The notes under the pieces were generated by a model. It searched no databases. It saw only the letters and a program-made list of their open reading frames with translations, and was not told the DNA's origin. A stretch of 64,000 bases of DNA from a virus: the IMG/VR virus record IMGVR_UViG_3300027509_000002, positions 1-64,000 of that record. One strand, given 5' to 3'. Made by a program: the position numbers and the translations under genes. Positions 1-9,303 of this stretch are shown here, piece after piece. How positions within the stretch are numbered: the stretch's first letter is position 1; every line of letters starts with the position of its first letter.

Positions 1-137
1 AAGACACCTCTGATGGTGCAAGGCGAGTATTGAAGTTCATTTATCTTGAAACACTTCATGGAGGCACATCACAGTCATCAGGTGGAAATGATTACGAATG
101 GTATGTTGTAGAAGATAATTTATATACCGTTGACTAA
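1..137 (+). CDS. 3' end of an upstream CDS (partial, function unknown)
   Basis: Frame 3 is open from the window edge (..NDYEWYVVEDNLYTVD) to TAA 135-137. That stop overlaps the next ATG as TAATG. Confidence 0.4.
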   Translation, partial: DTSDGARRVLKFIYLETLHGGTSQSSGGNDYEWYVVEDNLYTVD

Positions 138-1051
138 TGAGGGTACTGGTAACATCAAATCACACTAATATTACAGGTGTAAATACCTTTTTATATACTT
201 TTATCGCTACATTGAAAAAAGAAATAAAAGATATAGAGATAGATTTTTATGTACCATTCTCTAATTATACCCCGTCTCATTTTGAAGATTATTTAGAACA
301 ATACATTGCAAACTTTTTCATTGTCTATCCACAAGAATCTGATTACGATTACATCTATTATTCTTACAAAAGCAATATTGAGTTTAGAAAAGATACATTT
401 GCCAAAAAGGGTTTTTTTGTGCACGGACTCATGAACCCTGACTATGCCATTAAAGATGACATGAATATCGACAAATCATTTGTCTTTGGAGAGAGATCTA
501 TGAAGCATACAGAGCACAAAGACAAGGTGCTCATTAGAAACTTTGTCGATCTTAAAAGATTTAAGCCTGTAAAACTAAACAAGGAATTGCATACTGTGGC
601 GATTTTTAGGCCAAGAAATAGAGATGTAGGATATATTAATCTTAAACAGGCATGTAAACAACTAGGGCTTTGTTTAAAGGTCATAGGAGGCATTGAAGAC
701 TGTTTTGGTAATGTAGCGAACTGGAATGTCGAAAAGGATCTTAGAGAGGCTGATTTGGTGGTTGCTACAGGTAGATGCATGCATGAAGCTATGGCAATGG
801 GTATTCCAGTAATAAATGGCGGATTATTTCCAAGTGAAGGATATATTGATTCAGAGAAAAAATTTCTTGAAGGATTGGAAACGAATTCTTCTGGATGGAT
901 TACACGGGCTTTAAAGCCATTAAACGAAGCATCAGTAGACGATATAGTGAAAGAATTAAGTAAATGGAAACATTCGGATGGAGCTCTTATGAGAAAGTGT
1001 GCAGAAAAGCATCTTAATCCAGCCTCCTTTATAAAAAAAATATTATTTTAG
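137..1051 (+). CDS. GT-B fold glycosyltransferase (family 1/4-like)
   Basis: C-terminal EADLVVATGRCMHEAMAMGIPVINGG resembles the EAMAxGxPV sugar-nucleotide binding region of GT-B enzymes. Confidence 0.55.
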   Translation: MRVLVTSNHTNITGVNTFLYTFIATLKKEIKDIEIDFYVPFSNYTPSHFEDYLEQYIANFFIVYPQESDYDYIYYSYKSNIEFRKDTFAKKGFFVHGLMNPDYAIKDDMNIDKSFVFGERSMKHTEHKDKVLIRNFVDLKRFKPVKLNKELHTVAIFRPRNRDVGYINLKQACKQLGLCLKVIGGIEDCFGNVANWNVEKDLREADLVVATGRCMHEAMAMGIPVINGGLFPSEGYIDSEKKFLEGLETNSSGWITRALKPLNEASVDDIVKELSKWKHSDGALMRKCAEKHLNPASFIKKILF

Positions 1052-1055
1052 AGTT

Positions 1056-1760
1056 ATGAAGTTAGTTTATACAAATGCAGATCAGCCCAAAGAGATTCAA
1101 AAGAATCCACTTGTTTCTTTAGGTGGGTATATATCAAGCACCACTATTCCAAGTGGCAGGGACAATAATATTTTTCCCTCACCAAGTAATTTTAATATTG
1201 AAAACAATAAGAAAGAAATTAGAATGGTGGCATTGCATAATACAAATGACACTGTGGCATCGGGTGTGAAAATGAAATTGATCTTTCCATCTGAAAGTAT
1301 TTTTTCTTATAATATTGCGGTGGTATCAGCAGGCGATTGCAAGGGTGAAGACAAATATGAATTGCTTGGCGGTACAGGAGATCTACCTTATTATTCTGAA
1401 CTATTGGGTGCTACAAGTGATGTAGAAATCGAACTAGGCTCTATTGAACCAGATAAATCTTTAGGTATTTGGATTCAAAGATGCATTAAGGCATCAAAAA
1501 AATGCAAAACATCAGCACTTCTGAATTCTGGTAACTGTGATGTATGGAAAAAGAAATACAAAGAATTAACCCAAGATACATCCGATGAATGCGAAAGTGA
1601 AGAGCTGGGTGATTTTATCTTACAGGTATCTTTTAATGAAGACCCCATAGAAGAAGTAGTGGATGAAAGCGAGAGCTCTATATCTATTTCTGATTCTAAC
1701 TCAACTTCTATTTCTGAATCTAATTCATGCTCTGACTCTGAATTCAATCTATCACTATGA
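1056..1760 (+). CDS. hypothetical protein with Ser/Glu-rich acidic tail
   Basis: ORF track. Tightly packed after the previous gene. The C-terminus ESESSISISDSNSTSISESNSCSDSE is low complexity. Confidence 0.5.
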   Translation: MKLVYTNADQPKEIQKNPLVSLGGYISSTTIPSGRDNNIFPSPSNFNIENNKKEIRMVALHNTNDTVASGVKMKLIFPSESIFSYNIAVVSAGDCKGEDKYELLGGTGDLPYYSELLGATSDVEIELGSIEPDKSLGIWIQRCIKASKKCKTSALLNSGNCDVWKKKYKELTQDTSDECESEELGDFILQVSFNEDPIEEVVDESESSISISDSNSTSISESNSCSDSEFNLSL

Positions 1761-2671
1761 GTGGTAAAAAATCGTACAAGTTTAACGCAGGTAAATACGA
1801 AGGAAAAACCTTTAAATGGGTTTTTGACAATGATCTTAAATACTTTAGATCTTTTGCTAAGCGTAAGGGATATGCAGAGCTCAGTGATGCAGCAAAGAAG
1901 TCATTCAATCAGTATTTAGCTACATCAGCTCTATTACCTGAAAAATTAAAATCCAAAGAAGTATCTAAGGATCTTGATAAAGATATTTTGCAGCAGGCCA
2001 TGGACATCTACTTTGAGTCAGGAAACTACTTTAAAGCAAAGACTTGGCTTAGTGAAAACAAATTAGCCAAAGGACGTTCTAGCGAGTATTTAGGGGTCTT
2101 AAAACAAATATATTCAGAAGCACTAGAGGGGGAAAAGAAAAGTTTAATTGAACTACATATCAATAGATATGAAGCCATGCAAAACAAATTACTAGACACC
2201 GAGATTGATTCGGATGGAGAACACTACGTCAAAAGATTATCTAATGTTTTAAATAAAGCAGTAGATGTCATGATTGCGAAGGAAAAAATGATGGGTTTAC
2301 ATACCAAAGTCTTTAAGGTGGAATTAAATAACTATTACGAACAACAAAAATCCATTGATGTTTCTAATTTAGATTTTACCAAACTATCAGCAGAAGAGCA
2401 AAATGAACTATTGACAATTTTTGGCAATATCGATTCAAATAAAGAGGGATTTGCTGTCATTACAGGTAGCAATAAACGAGACGATATAGTAGAAGATGTA
2501 GATTTTGAAGACGTAATTGAAGCACCCGTTGCCGATTCACCAGTAGAAGCAGAACCTCTATCTCCAAAGCCAGTAGGAGCACAGACACTACACGATGTAA
2601 AAAGATCTATAGCAAAAGCTGTGGAGCAAAAAATGAAAGATAAATTAGCATCAAAGGGAAAGAAGTTGTAG
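1757..2671 (+). CDS. hypothetical protein, paralog of the 28003-28473 product (small-terminase-like is only a guess)
   Basis: ATGA overlap with the previous ORF. It shares AKEKMMGLH..V.NN..DFTKLS with the 28003 product. Confidence 0.5.
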   Translation: MSGKKSYKFNAGKYEGKTFKWVFDNDLKYFRSFAKRKGYAELSDAAKKSFNQYLATSALLPEKLKSKEVSKDLDKDILQQAMDIYFESGNYFKAKTWLSENKLAKGRSSEYLGVLKQIYSEALEGEKKSLIELHINRYEAMQNKLLDTEIDSDGEHYVKRLSNVLNKAVDVMIAKEKMMGLHTKVFKVELNNYYEQQKSIDVSNLDFTKLSAEEQNELLTIFGNIDSNKEGFAVITGSNKRDDIVEDVDFEDVIEAPVADSPVEAEPLSPKPVGAQTLHDVKRSIAKAVEQKMKDKLASKGKKL

Positions 2672-2680
2672 ATTTGTTGC

Positions 2681-3643
2681 GTGAGAATTGATCCTGAGCA
2701 AATATTATCTCTATTAAGAAGAGTTAGACGACCTGATTCTAAGGGTAATGTGAGATCTGAGTGTCCTTTTTGCGGACAAGATGAATTCTATATTAATATA
2801 GAAAAAGAAAACTACCCATTCCAATGCTGGCGTAAATCCAAGTGTGGAGAATCTGGGTTTTTACCAAAATTATTAAAGGAGCTAGGTGAAACGAGTCTAC
2901 TGGATAACCTAAACACGGTCAATTTAGAAAATAAGCTGGAACTATTGGTTTTCGATAGTATTCAAAAAAATGAAGACATTGATCTATCTATTAAAGCCGA
3001 ATCACTGCCTTTAGGTTTTAAAAGAGTATATGAAGATGCCTATGCTACATCACGTGGCATTACCGACTTTAAAAAATACATTGTAGGGTACACAAATCTC
3101 ACTACCCGTCTCAGGAAATACATTGTAGTAGCCATTACACAAGATGAAGCCGTTTGTGGATATATAGCAAGGGACACTACTGGTCAGCAGCAGCCAAAGT
3201 ATTTAAACTCTATCACAGCATTTAGTAAAATACTATTTGGATTTGATGAAATAAATGGTGCTACAGAAACTTTAATTGTTGTTGAAGGCTTATTTGATAA
3301 AATAAACATTGAGAATCTATTAGGGCTTGATAAACAGCATGAAATTAAATGCGTATGTACATTTGGATGTAAAGTATCAGATGAGCAGCTTCATAGAATA
3401 AAAGAAAAAACAATGGTGAAGACTTTGATTCTCATGTATGACAATGACGTGCATCGAATGATCACTAAGGCGTACAATAAAACGTCACCACACTTTGAGT
3501 CAGTCATGATCGCTAACATACCATATTTTGATGTAGATGCAGGCGACATAAGTGCTAAGCAATTACAAACGGTCTTATCAGATCACATTATCACGGGTGA
3601 AACATACATCTCTAATACCATTAAAGCCAACAAATTAGCCTAG
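2681..3643 (+). CDS. DNA primase (zinc finger plus TOPRIM)
   Basis: GTG start. Cys4 finger CPFCGQDEF..QCWRKSKCGESG. TOPRIM acidic motifs IVVEGLFD and LMYDNDV. Confidence 0.75.
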   Translation: MRIDPEQILSLLRRVRRPDSKGNVRSECPFCGQDEFYINIEKENYPFQCWRKSKCGESGFLPKLLKELGETSLLDNLNTVNLENKLELLVFDSIQKNEDIDLSIKAESLPLGFKRVYEDAYATSRGITDFKKYIVGYTNLTTRLRKYIVVAITQDEAVCGYIARDTTGQQQPKYLNSITAFSKILFGFDEINGATETLIVVEGLFDKINIENLLGLDKQHEIKCVCTFGCKVSDEQLHRIKEKTMVKTLILMYDNDVHRMITKAYNKTSPHFESVMIANIPYFDVDAGDISAKQLQTVLSDHIITGETYISNTIKANKLA

Positions 3644-3648
3644 TTTAC

Positions 3649-3657
3649 TATATTTAT
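3649..3657 (+). promoter_or_regulatory. promoter-like TATATTTAT box
   Basis: One instance of the recurrent TAT(A/T)TTTAT 9-mer, 15 nt upstream of ATG 3672. Confidence 0.3.
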
Positions 3658-3671
3658 ATAATATAGAAACA

Positions 3672-4136
3672 ATGGCAAAGTCAAGAAATTTATCAATATA
3701 CGAACTCTTTGAGGTATTACAGCGAGAATATGTAATATGCGTGCTACGTTCTAAAATATATCCGTACCAAAAGCACAAGAAATATTGGGCATTTGTCGCT
3801 GAAAAGAAAAAAGATAAGATTTTAGACATAGCTAATAGAAACATGCTACCCAATATCTTTAGTTCACCAGATGTAAAGAAAAGCATTGAAATGATTATCT
3901 ATGGTAATTCTGGCTACCCTAACTTCATATACAAAGATGAAGAGCAAAGAAGCATGCAGGAAAAATGGGACTATGTTAATTATTTCAGTAAACTATCCGA
4001 AGTCACATTTGTACACGAAGGCAATACTTGCGTGGGCAGTATAGCTCAGTTTGATTTTACGAAAAAAAACATAGATATTCTCTATAAAGGTGAGATCATT
4101 TCATTAACGCCAGAAGATGTCACTAGGATTCTCTAG
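3672..4136 (+). CDS. hypothetical protein
   Basis: ORF track. Preceded by the promoter-like box. No recognisable motif. Confidence 0.5.
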   Translation: MAKSRNLSIYELFEVLQREYVICVLRSKIYPYQKHKKYWAFVAEKKKDKILDIANRNMLPNIFSSPDVKKSIEMIIYGNSGYPNFIYKDEEQRSMQEKWDYVNYFSKLSEVTFVHEGNTCVGSIAQFDFTKKNIDILYKGEIISLTPEDVTRIL

Positions 4137-4746
4137 TGATGCATTTATCAGAAAATCTACACTGAGCACAAATCTTTGAGGTAGAGCTAAAGTAAATGGA
4201 CTGACTCATGCACCAATCCATCCCTTGTTTTTCATTTAAAAACAATTTACGATCTGAATCTTTCACAGCATCGTAATTAATATCTTGTTCTTTGACTGGT
4301 GGATATACTCTATCTTTAATCTCTTTTTTTGAAATACCATTGTCTACACAAAAGACATGTTTTTCCTCCGCATAATCATATGTCGCATATCTACCCATCC
4401 ATGCATCTACAGAAGATTTCTTAAATAAGTCCGCAGGGGTTATTTTACCAAATACAGTGGGGGTAAATCTTTGTGGGTCATTTTTCTTATAGTACGTCAA
4501 TCTACCAAATTGGAATAAAATGTACGTAAACATCCATTCAAACCCAATAGAACCCCAATTAGATGTCTTTAGTACACTGGAAACCAGATACTTAGACTTT
4601 TTTGCATGTGCAGAAATAGCAAAATCATTAATGCAAAAATCTGCCTGTTTGTAGTATTTTTGGTAAATATACACATAAATGCGTATTAGATTACACATGT
4701 CTTCATGTACGTTATTCTTCAACTTGCTGGATTTGTCTTTTTTCAT
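4123..4746 (-). CDS. hypothetical protein
   Basis: ORF track. Last gene of the minus-strand arm, tail-to-tail overlap with 3672-4136. The start may be an internal Met. Confidence 0.45.
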   Translation of the reverse strand: MKKDKSSKLKNNVHEDMCNLIRIYVYIYQKYYKQADFCINDFAISAHAKKSKYLVSSVLKTSNWGSIGFEWMFTYILFQFGRLTYYKKNDPQRFTPTVFGKITPADLFKKSSVDAWMGRYATYDYAEEKHVFCVDNGISKKEIKDRVYPPVKEQDINYDAVKDSDRKLFLNEKQGMDWCMSQSIYFSSTSKICAQCRFSDKCITRES

Positions 4747-6112
4747 TAATTACTGAGTCCCAAAATAATTTACAAGTTTTATCTCCATCGTAAAACCTAC
4801 CCAAATGTAAAGATTGACAAATATTCATTGTCTGTCCAGATTTCCCTTCCCTAAATTTGTCTATATGCAATCGGGCTACTTGATTACTATATTCATCAGA
4901 AGTAGCATTGATGGTAATGAAGTAAGAAAATGGATACAATACGTTTTTAGCATCTGATATATTGTCTCGTGTTAGCACAAAATCAGGATTATTATATATA
5001 GCTGGCATGACATTATTGGATTGAGTGGCAGTTACCGTTGCACAGTCCAAGTCTTTAGATATATCAGTGATCATTTCAGCAAGATGTTTTCTTCTTTCTC
5101 TTTCATCTTTTCCACTATGCTTTTTTGTATAGGTTTCACCCGTTTGCAGTAGCTCTAAGTAGTCAAAACAAACTAAGTCTATTTTACCTATCTGGCGTTC
5201 AATATCAATCAAAATTCGCCTACATGAGTCAATGGTGACTTCATCAAAAGAATTAGAAGATATAACGGTAATGTCACCACCACCACCAGCCATTTTTTTG
5301 GCAGTAGAATACACAGCTTCCCGTTTATTATGATCAAGTTCACCCATAGCCATTTTTGCAATAGGTGTACCTGTCCAAGCTGCATCAAATAGAAGCATGG
5401 TCTGCTCTTTAGATCCCTCGAATGAAAAATACACAACATTCTTTTTTCTTGCAAACGCCTGAATACTGAGCCAACGCATCATGGTGGACTTACCAGCCCC
5501 ACTTCTACCCATTAGCAGACACGACTGTTTTCTTATTAATCCACCTCCTAAATAGTAGTCTAATTCGTTAATGCCAGTCGCAATTTTGTTAGAGTTTCCT
5601 TCCTCTGCTAGTTTAGACCTATATATTTGTCGTTCAGTAAAATTATTATATACGCCCTCATAGTCTTTTTTAACCATACTAAAAGATATGGCTTGTTCCA
5701 TTTTTCTATAGAATCTACCCAATGCTCTATCTCTATCTTCTGCACTGGTAGCTTTTTGGTATTCTTCTGTTTCAGTAGTGTGCGTATGAATAAATTTTGT
5801 GTGACGTAGCCATCCTTCAAAATCCTGAGCAATACTATAATGCCTATCTCTTACATCACATTGGTTAATGTCAAACAGGATCTTTACAACTTCTTCATCT
5901 TTTTCAAACTCCTGAGTCAATCCACCATACGTAGGCAACTGTCTACCATGAAGAGCAAAGTTATACTTTACATGCTTAAATAGTTTTTTAAATGCCTCAG
6001 AGGGTAAATATTCAAACTGCATGTGATCAATTAATAACCCCATGTAGTATTTGGATTCTATGCTGATTTTGAAAAGTTCAAATAGGAAGTCTTTTTGTAA
6101 AAATCTACTCAT
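4712..6112 (-). CDS. DnaB-like replicative helicase
   Basis: Walker A LLMGRSGAGKST and Walker B-like DLVCFDYLELL in a RecA-fold C-terminal half. Lies in a replication gene neighbourhood. Confidence 0.7.
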   Translation of the reverse strand: MSRFLQKDFLFELFKISIESKYYMGLLIDHMQFEYLPSEAFKKLFKHVKYNFALHGRQLPTYGGLTQEFEKDEEVVKILFDINQCDVRDRHYSIAQDFEGWLRHTKFIHTHTTETEEYQKATSAEDRDRALGRFYRKMEQAISFSMVKKDYEGVYNNFTERQIYRSKLAEEGNSNKIATGINELDYYLGGGLIRKQSCLLMGRSGAGKSTMMRWLSIQAFARKKNVVYFSFEGSKEQTMLLFDAAWTGTPIAKMAMGELDHNKREAVYSTAKKMAGGGGDITVISSNSFDEVTIDSCRRILIDIERQIGKIDLVCFDYLELLQTGETYTKKHSGKDERERRKHLAEMITDISKDLDCATVTATQSNNVMPAIYNNPDFVLTRDNISDAKNVLYPFSYFITINATSDEYSNQVARLHIDKFREGKSGQTMNICQSLHLGRFYDGDKTCKLFWDSVINEKRQIQQVEE

Positions 6113-6148
6113 TGTGTCGTGATTGTTTTTTTTAATAGGAATTGCAAT

Positions 6149-8062
6149 TTAAACAATTTGAGTAATACCATTTACTTTTTCAACAACTATTTTATTAACA
6201 TTATGGATGGTTTCTGGATCAACGTGCGTAATCAGTAGGATTGTCGAGTCTATATTTTTTATAGAATCCACCAAAGAAACAAAGCCCTCGGAATCGATTG
6301 ATTCTAAAACTTCATCAATGCACATTAAATTAAGTCCATAAGGAGCTACATTTTTATTAATAATTTTATTCAGTGCAGACATGCACGCAAAATCTACCTT
6401 AGCCTTTTCTCCACCACTAAATGAACCAAATGGCTCTTCACCAACTCCATTTCTGGCAATAGATACAGTAATCTTATCTTTTAGTTTACCAGAAGCCAAC
6501 ATCTTATAGCCACTAATAGAGACCCTGTGAGGGCATTGCATGGCCGTGAGCACGTCATTGGCCTCTTGTTGGATATAGGATAAGGAATTGTTGGCGATAG
6601 TGGTCTTAAAGCTCGTTATAAGGGATTGAGATGAAGCATAAAGTTTCACAATAGACGATTCTAGTTCCTGCACTTCTTTTTCGATAGACTCGTTCTTTGC
6701 TTCACAATACTTAATTTGATCACTAATTTTACCCTTGTCTGCATCCGCTATCATCTTCTGCAATGACTCAATCTGAGTTGTTTGACTCGCATGTATGCTT
6801 TTTAAAGAGGTTATTTCGGATTCAATGATCTGTAATGCATTTTGCCCTTCCTGCTGCCTCATACGCAAGTCTTGATGCTCTTTTTTAGCTAAATCTAACT
6901 CAGTGGTGTCAAAATTGGTCTTAATCTCCGATATTTTATCTTCATTAACCCTTATTTTGTTACGAATTTCTTCTAAAACACCCCTGATTTCATTACAAAA
7001 TGCCTCAGCTTCCCCTATATTTTTCTCCACAGTCTCGATAGGCGTAGATGCATCGTTAATGGAAAATGTATATTGACATTTGGGACACGTAGCCTGAGAA
7101 ACAAGTGATCCCTGCATCTTATTAACCATTGTAGTGGCTTCCAATAATGCCTCGTTAGACTTACGTGCCTGCTCATTTAATTTATCTATATTAACATGAT
7201 AATTGTGAATCTGCTGCTTTTGATCCAACAAGGTTTTTTGAGCTATCTGTTCTGCATAGTCACCTTTGGCCTTCACTTCTTCTGGATTAATAACGATCAT
7301 GGTAGAAGACATGCCCATTTTCACCTCTATGTCGGTTAATGTACCCTGTGATTTCTTTAGGAGCTCTTCTGCATCGTTTTGCCATTTCTGCTTTTGTTCA
7401 TCTATGGATTCCATGCTGGCCTTAAAGGCTATTATACTGGCATTGTTATTATCTATCTCATGTCTCTTATGAGCAATGTCTGATTTAATTTTATCGATGT
7501 CCGTCTTAATCATGTCGTCCACGGGATCAAGTACATCAATCTTAGAAAACCGATTAATTAATTCTTTCTTGACTTTATCAGATGCATTGAAAAAAGACGT
7601 GTATTTTTCTTTACTAATTAAGAAATAGTCATCGATCTCACTGGAACTGAGCTTTAGTTTTTCCAAAATGAATTTATCACTTTCGGTAATATTCATGTCC
7701 ACAAGATGCTCCTGTAAGTTACCATTGATAAATATTTTACACTTGTTAGATGACTTAGAAGCAAAGTATTTTTCTATTAACATTTCTTCATTAATAACGG
7801 TATTTTTTAACACCATTTTTATATAACCATCTGATTGTCCGTGTCTTACAATGTCTTTTTTATTAACGTTTTTAATCGTTTTTGTCGTTAACCCAAGTTT
7901 AATGCACTCCAACAGTGTCGATTTTCCACTACCATTAGAGTGTGCATCTGGATCAGTACTATTGATTCCATATATAAGGCTCAGTGCATTATTGTTAACC
8001 TGCCATACTTGATCAGCAATAGACATGATATTTGATATTTGTACTTTTTCAATATTCCACAT
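6149..8062 (-). CDS. SbcC/Rad50-like recombination ATPase (T4 gp46 type)
   Basis: Walker A SNGSGKSTLLECI. Long coiled coil with a central CPKC zinc hook. Signature FSGGEKAKV and Walker B LMCIDEVLESID. Confidence 0.85.
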   Translation of the reverse strand: MWNIEKVQISNIMSIADQVWQVNNNALSLIYGINSTDPDAHSNGSGKSTLLECIKLGLTTKTIKNVNKKDIVRHGQSDGYIKMVLKNTVINEEMLIEKYFASKSSNKCKIFINGNLQEHLVDMNITESDKFILEKLKLSSSEIDDYFLISKEKYTSFFNASDKVKKELINRFSKIDVLDPVDDMIKTDIDKIKSDIAHKRHEIDNNNASIIAFKASMESIDEQKQKWQNDAEELLKKSQGTLTDIEVKMGMSSTMIVINPEEVKAKGDYAEQIAQKTLLDQKQQIHNYHVNIDKLNEQARKSNEALLEATTMVNKMQGSLVSQATCPKCQYTFSINDASTPIETVEKNIGEAEAFCNEIRGVLEEIRNKIRVNEDKISEIKTNFDTTELDLAKKEHQDLRMRQQEGQNALQIIESEITSLKSIHASQTTQIESLQKMIADADKGKISDQIKYCEAKNESIEKEVQELESSIVKLYASSQSLITSFKTTIANNSLSYIQQEANDVLTAMQCPHRVSISGYKMLASGKLKDKITVSIARNGVGEEPFGSFSGGEKAKVDFACMSALNKIINKNVAPYGLNLMCIDEVLESIDSEGFVSLVDSIKNIDSTILLITHVDPETIHNVNKIVVEKVNGITQIV

Positions 8063-8065
8063 ATT

Positions 8066-9097
8066 CTATGATTTTAATGCTTTTTTAATGTAATTATGAG
8101 ATAAGTCGATAATTGATTGATCTATATCTGATGACGTTCCTGTAAAGGTCGTAAAGGCTTCTAAGAGATCACTTTCTTTATATTCTTTCAGTTCGGTTCT
8201 ATTTGATGTCTTGGTTTCATATCGCATATCAAACATGGTAAACTGTTCAAAATCTTTTTTATTCATATTCTTTAATTGATCTTCTGTGCCAGTAACCTTA
8301 ATACGCACATGATTATTTTCATGATTCTTAGATAAGTCTTTCATGGCTTTTTGCATGTCTTTTACATTGGATGCATCATATCCTATGGTATAGTACTCAG
8401 GGAAATCTAGTTTTAAAAACTCTAAAGAGCCATCTTCACTTAGAATATGTACACCCTTGTCATTATCTTCACCATAATTGGCTGGGTATAGTGAGCCTAA
8501 GTAATGAATCCTATCATTTATGGATGATTTATTGTGATAATGGCCTACATAAACGGAATCAAATCTATTAAAAAGATCTGCTGTAATGTTATTTTTAACA
8601 GACGTTCCACCATTGTTTTTCACTCCATTTACAGCTATGTGGGTGATCAGAATGTTTCTTTTACCCTCCACAATTTTCAGGTCAGAAAGTCTTTGCCAAT
8701 ACGATCCATCTTCTTTGAAGTACGGTAGCATATGAAAGACCATGTGTGCAGATATGTGATCAATAGAGTATTCAGGATCATAAACACTTAATGCTTCATG
8801 GTGTCTAAAAACATCAAGATAGCTCTCTGATTTTTCCAGATTGGTGCGATCATGATTCCCTGGGATTACATGCATGTGCAAGCCCCCCTCGTGTATTTGA
8901 TCAAGAATATAATCAAAGCATCGCAAAACAGAAAGAGACTGTGCTTTTCTGGCATTGAACATATCACCTCCATGTAATATATGTTTAATATCATATTTTT
9001 TGCAAACATCAATGATTTGATCAAACAGATTTTCAATTAAAGATATATTGGACTCTTTTATGTGTGTGTCCATCACAATAAGATATTTATTTTCCAT
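8066..9097 (-). CDS. SbcD/Mre11-like nuclease (T4 gp47 type)
   Basis: Phosphoesterase motifs VMDTHI, GGDMFN, GNHD, THIAVNG and GHYH. Start moved to MENKYL (ATG at 9097) from the longer track ORF. Confidence 0.85.
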   Translation of the reverse strand: MENKYLIVMDTHIKESNISLIENLFDQIIDVCKKYDIKHILHGGDMFNARKAQSLSVLRCFDYILDQIHEGGLHMHVIPGNHDRTNLEKSESYLDVFRHHEALSVYDPEYSIDHISAHMVFHMLPYFKEDGSYWQRLSDLKIVEGKRNILITHIAVNGVKNNGGTSVKNNITADLFNRFDSVYVGHYHNKSSINDRIHYLGSLYPANYGEDNDKGVHILSEDGSLEFLKLDFPEYYTIGYDASNVKDMQKAMKDLSKNHENNHVRIKVTGTEDQLKNMNKKDFEQFTMFDMRYETKTSNRTELKEYKESDLLEAFTTFTGTSSDIDQSIIDLSHNYIKKALKS

Positions 9098-9138
9098 GAC
9101 GGTAAAATTAGTTATTTTTAATACACAAAACCAGTACA

Positions 9139-9303
9139 ATGAAAAAAATAATATTTTTAATTATCGCTATTACCTTCACAACTGTTTCCTGCACTAAGGA
9201 TGCTAGTATCTATGGTAAGAAAAAATCTTCAATTAAGGGCAAAGCACATGCTGGTATGCATGATAGAGGCGGAAAAGCTGTTTGGTTTAATCACAGGCGT
9301 TAA
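9139..9303 (+). CDS. small lipoprotein, 54 aa (below ORF-track cutoff)
   Basis: ATG 9139, TAA 9301-9303. Product is MKKIIFLIIAITFTTVSCTKD.. with a lipobox Cys at residue 18. It fills the gap between two minus-strand genes. Confidence 0.5.
   Translation: MKKIIFLIIAITFTTVSCTKDASIYGKKKSSIKGKAHAGMHDRGGKAVWFNHRR

Noticed and set aside
442-780. 112-aa minus-strand ORF inside the GT-B gene. Similar antisense or out-of-frame ORFs occur at 1475-1747, 5209-5454, 5608-5832, 7266-7472, 8371-8728, 11018-11206, 11767-12087, 12422-12948, 13989-14838, 18454-18949, 19303-19566, 20461-20652, 21660-22241, 22582-22764, 23405-24087 and 24507-24719.
   Set aside because: Each lies wholly inside a longer ORF that has clear family motifs or operon coupling. 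Their translations are low-complexity (S/L/F/I-rich). They have no independent start context.
8066-9139. Longer track versions of several ORFs: SbcD to 9139, AAA ATPase to 10370, GT2 from 35357, GIY-YIG from 37315, protease from 48985, and the 57208, 60860, 62899 and 63048 starts.
   Set aside because: In each case the extension is hydrophobic junk that overlaps the preceding gene, a terminator hairpin or an intergenic promoter box. An internal ATG restores a sensible N-terminus and gene spacing.
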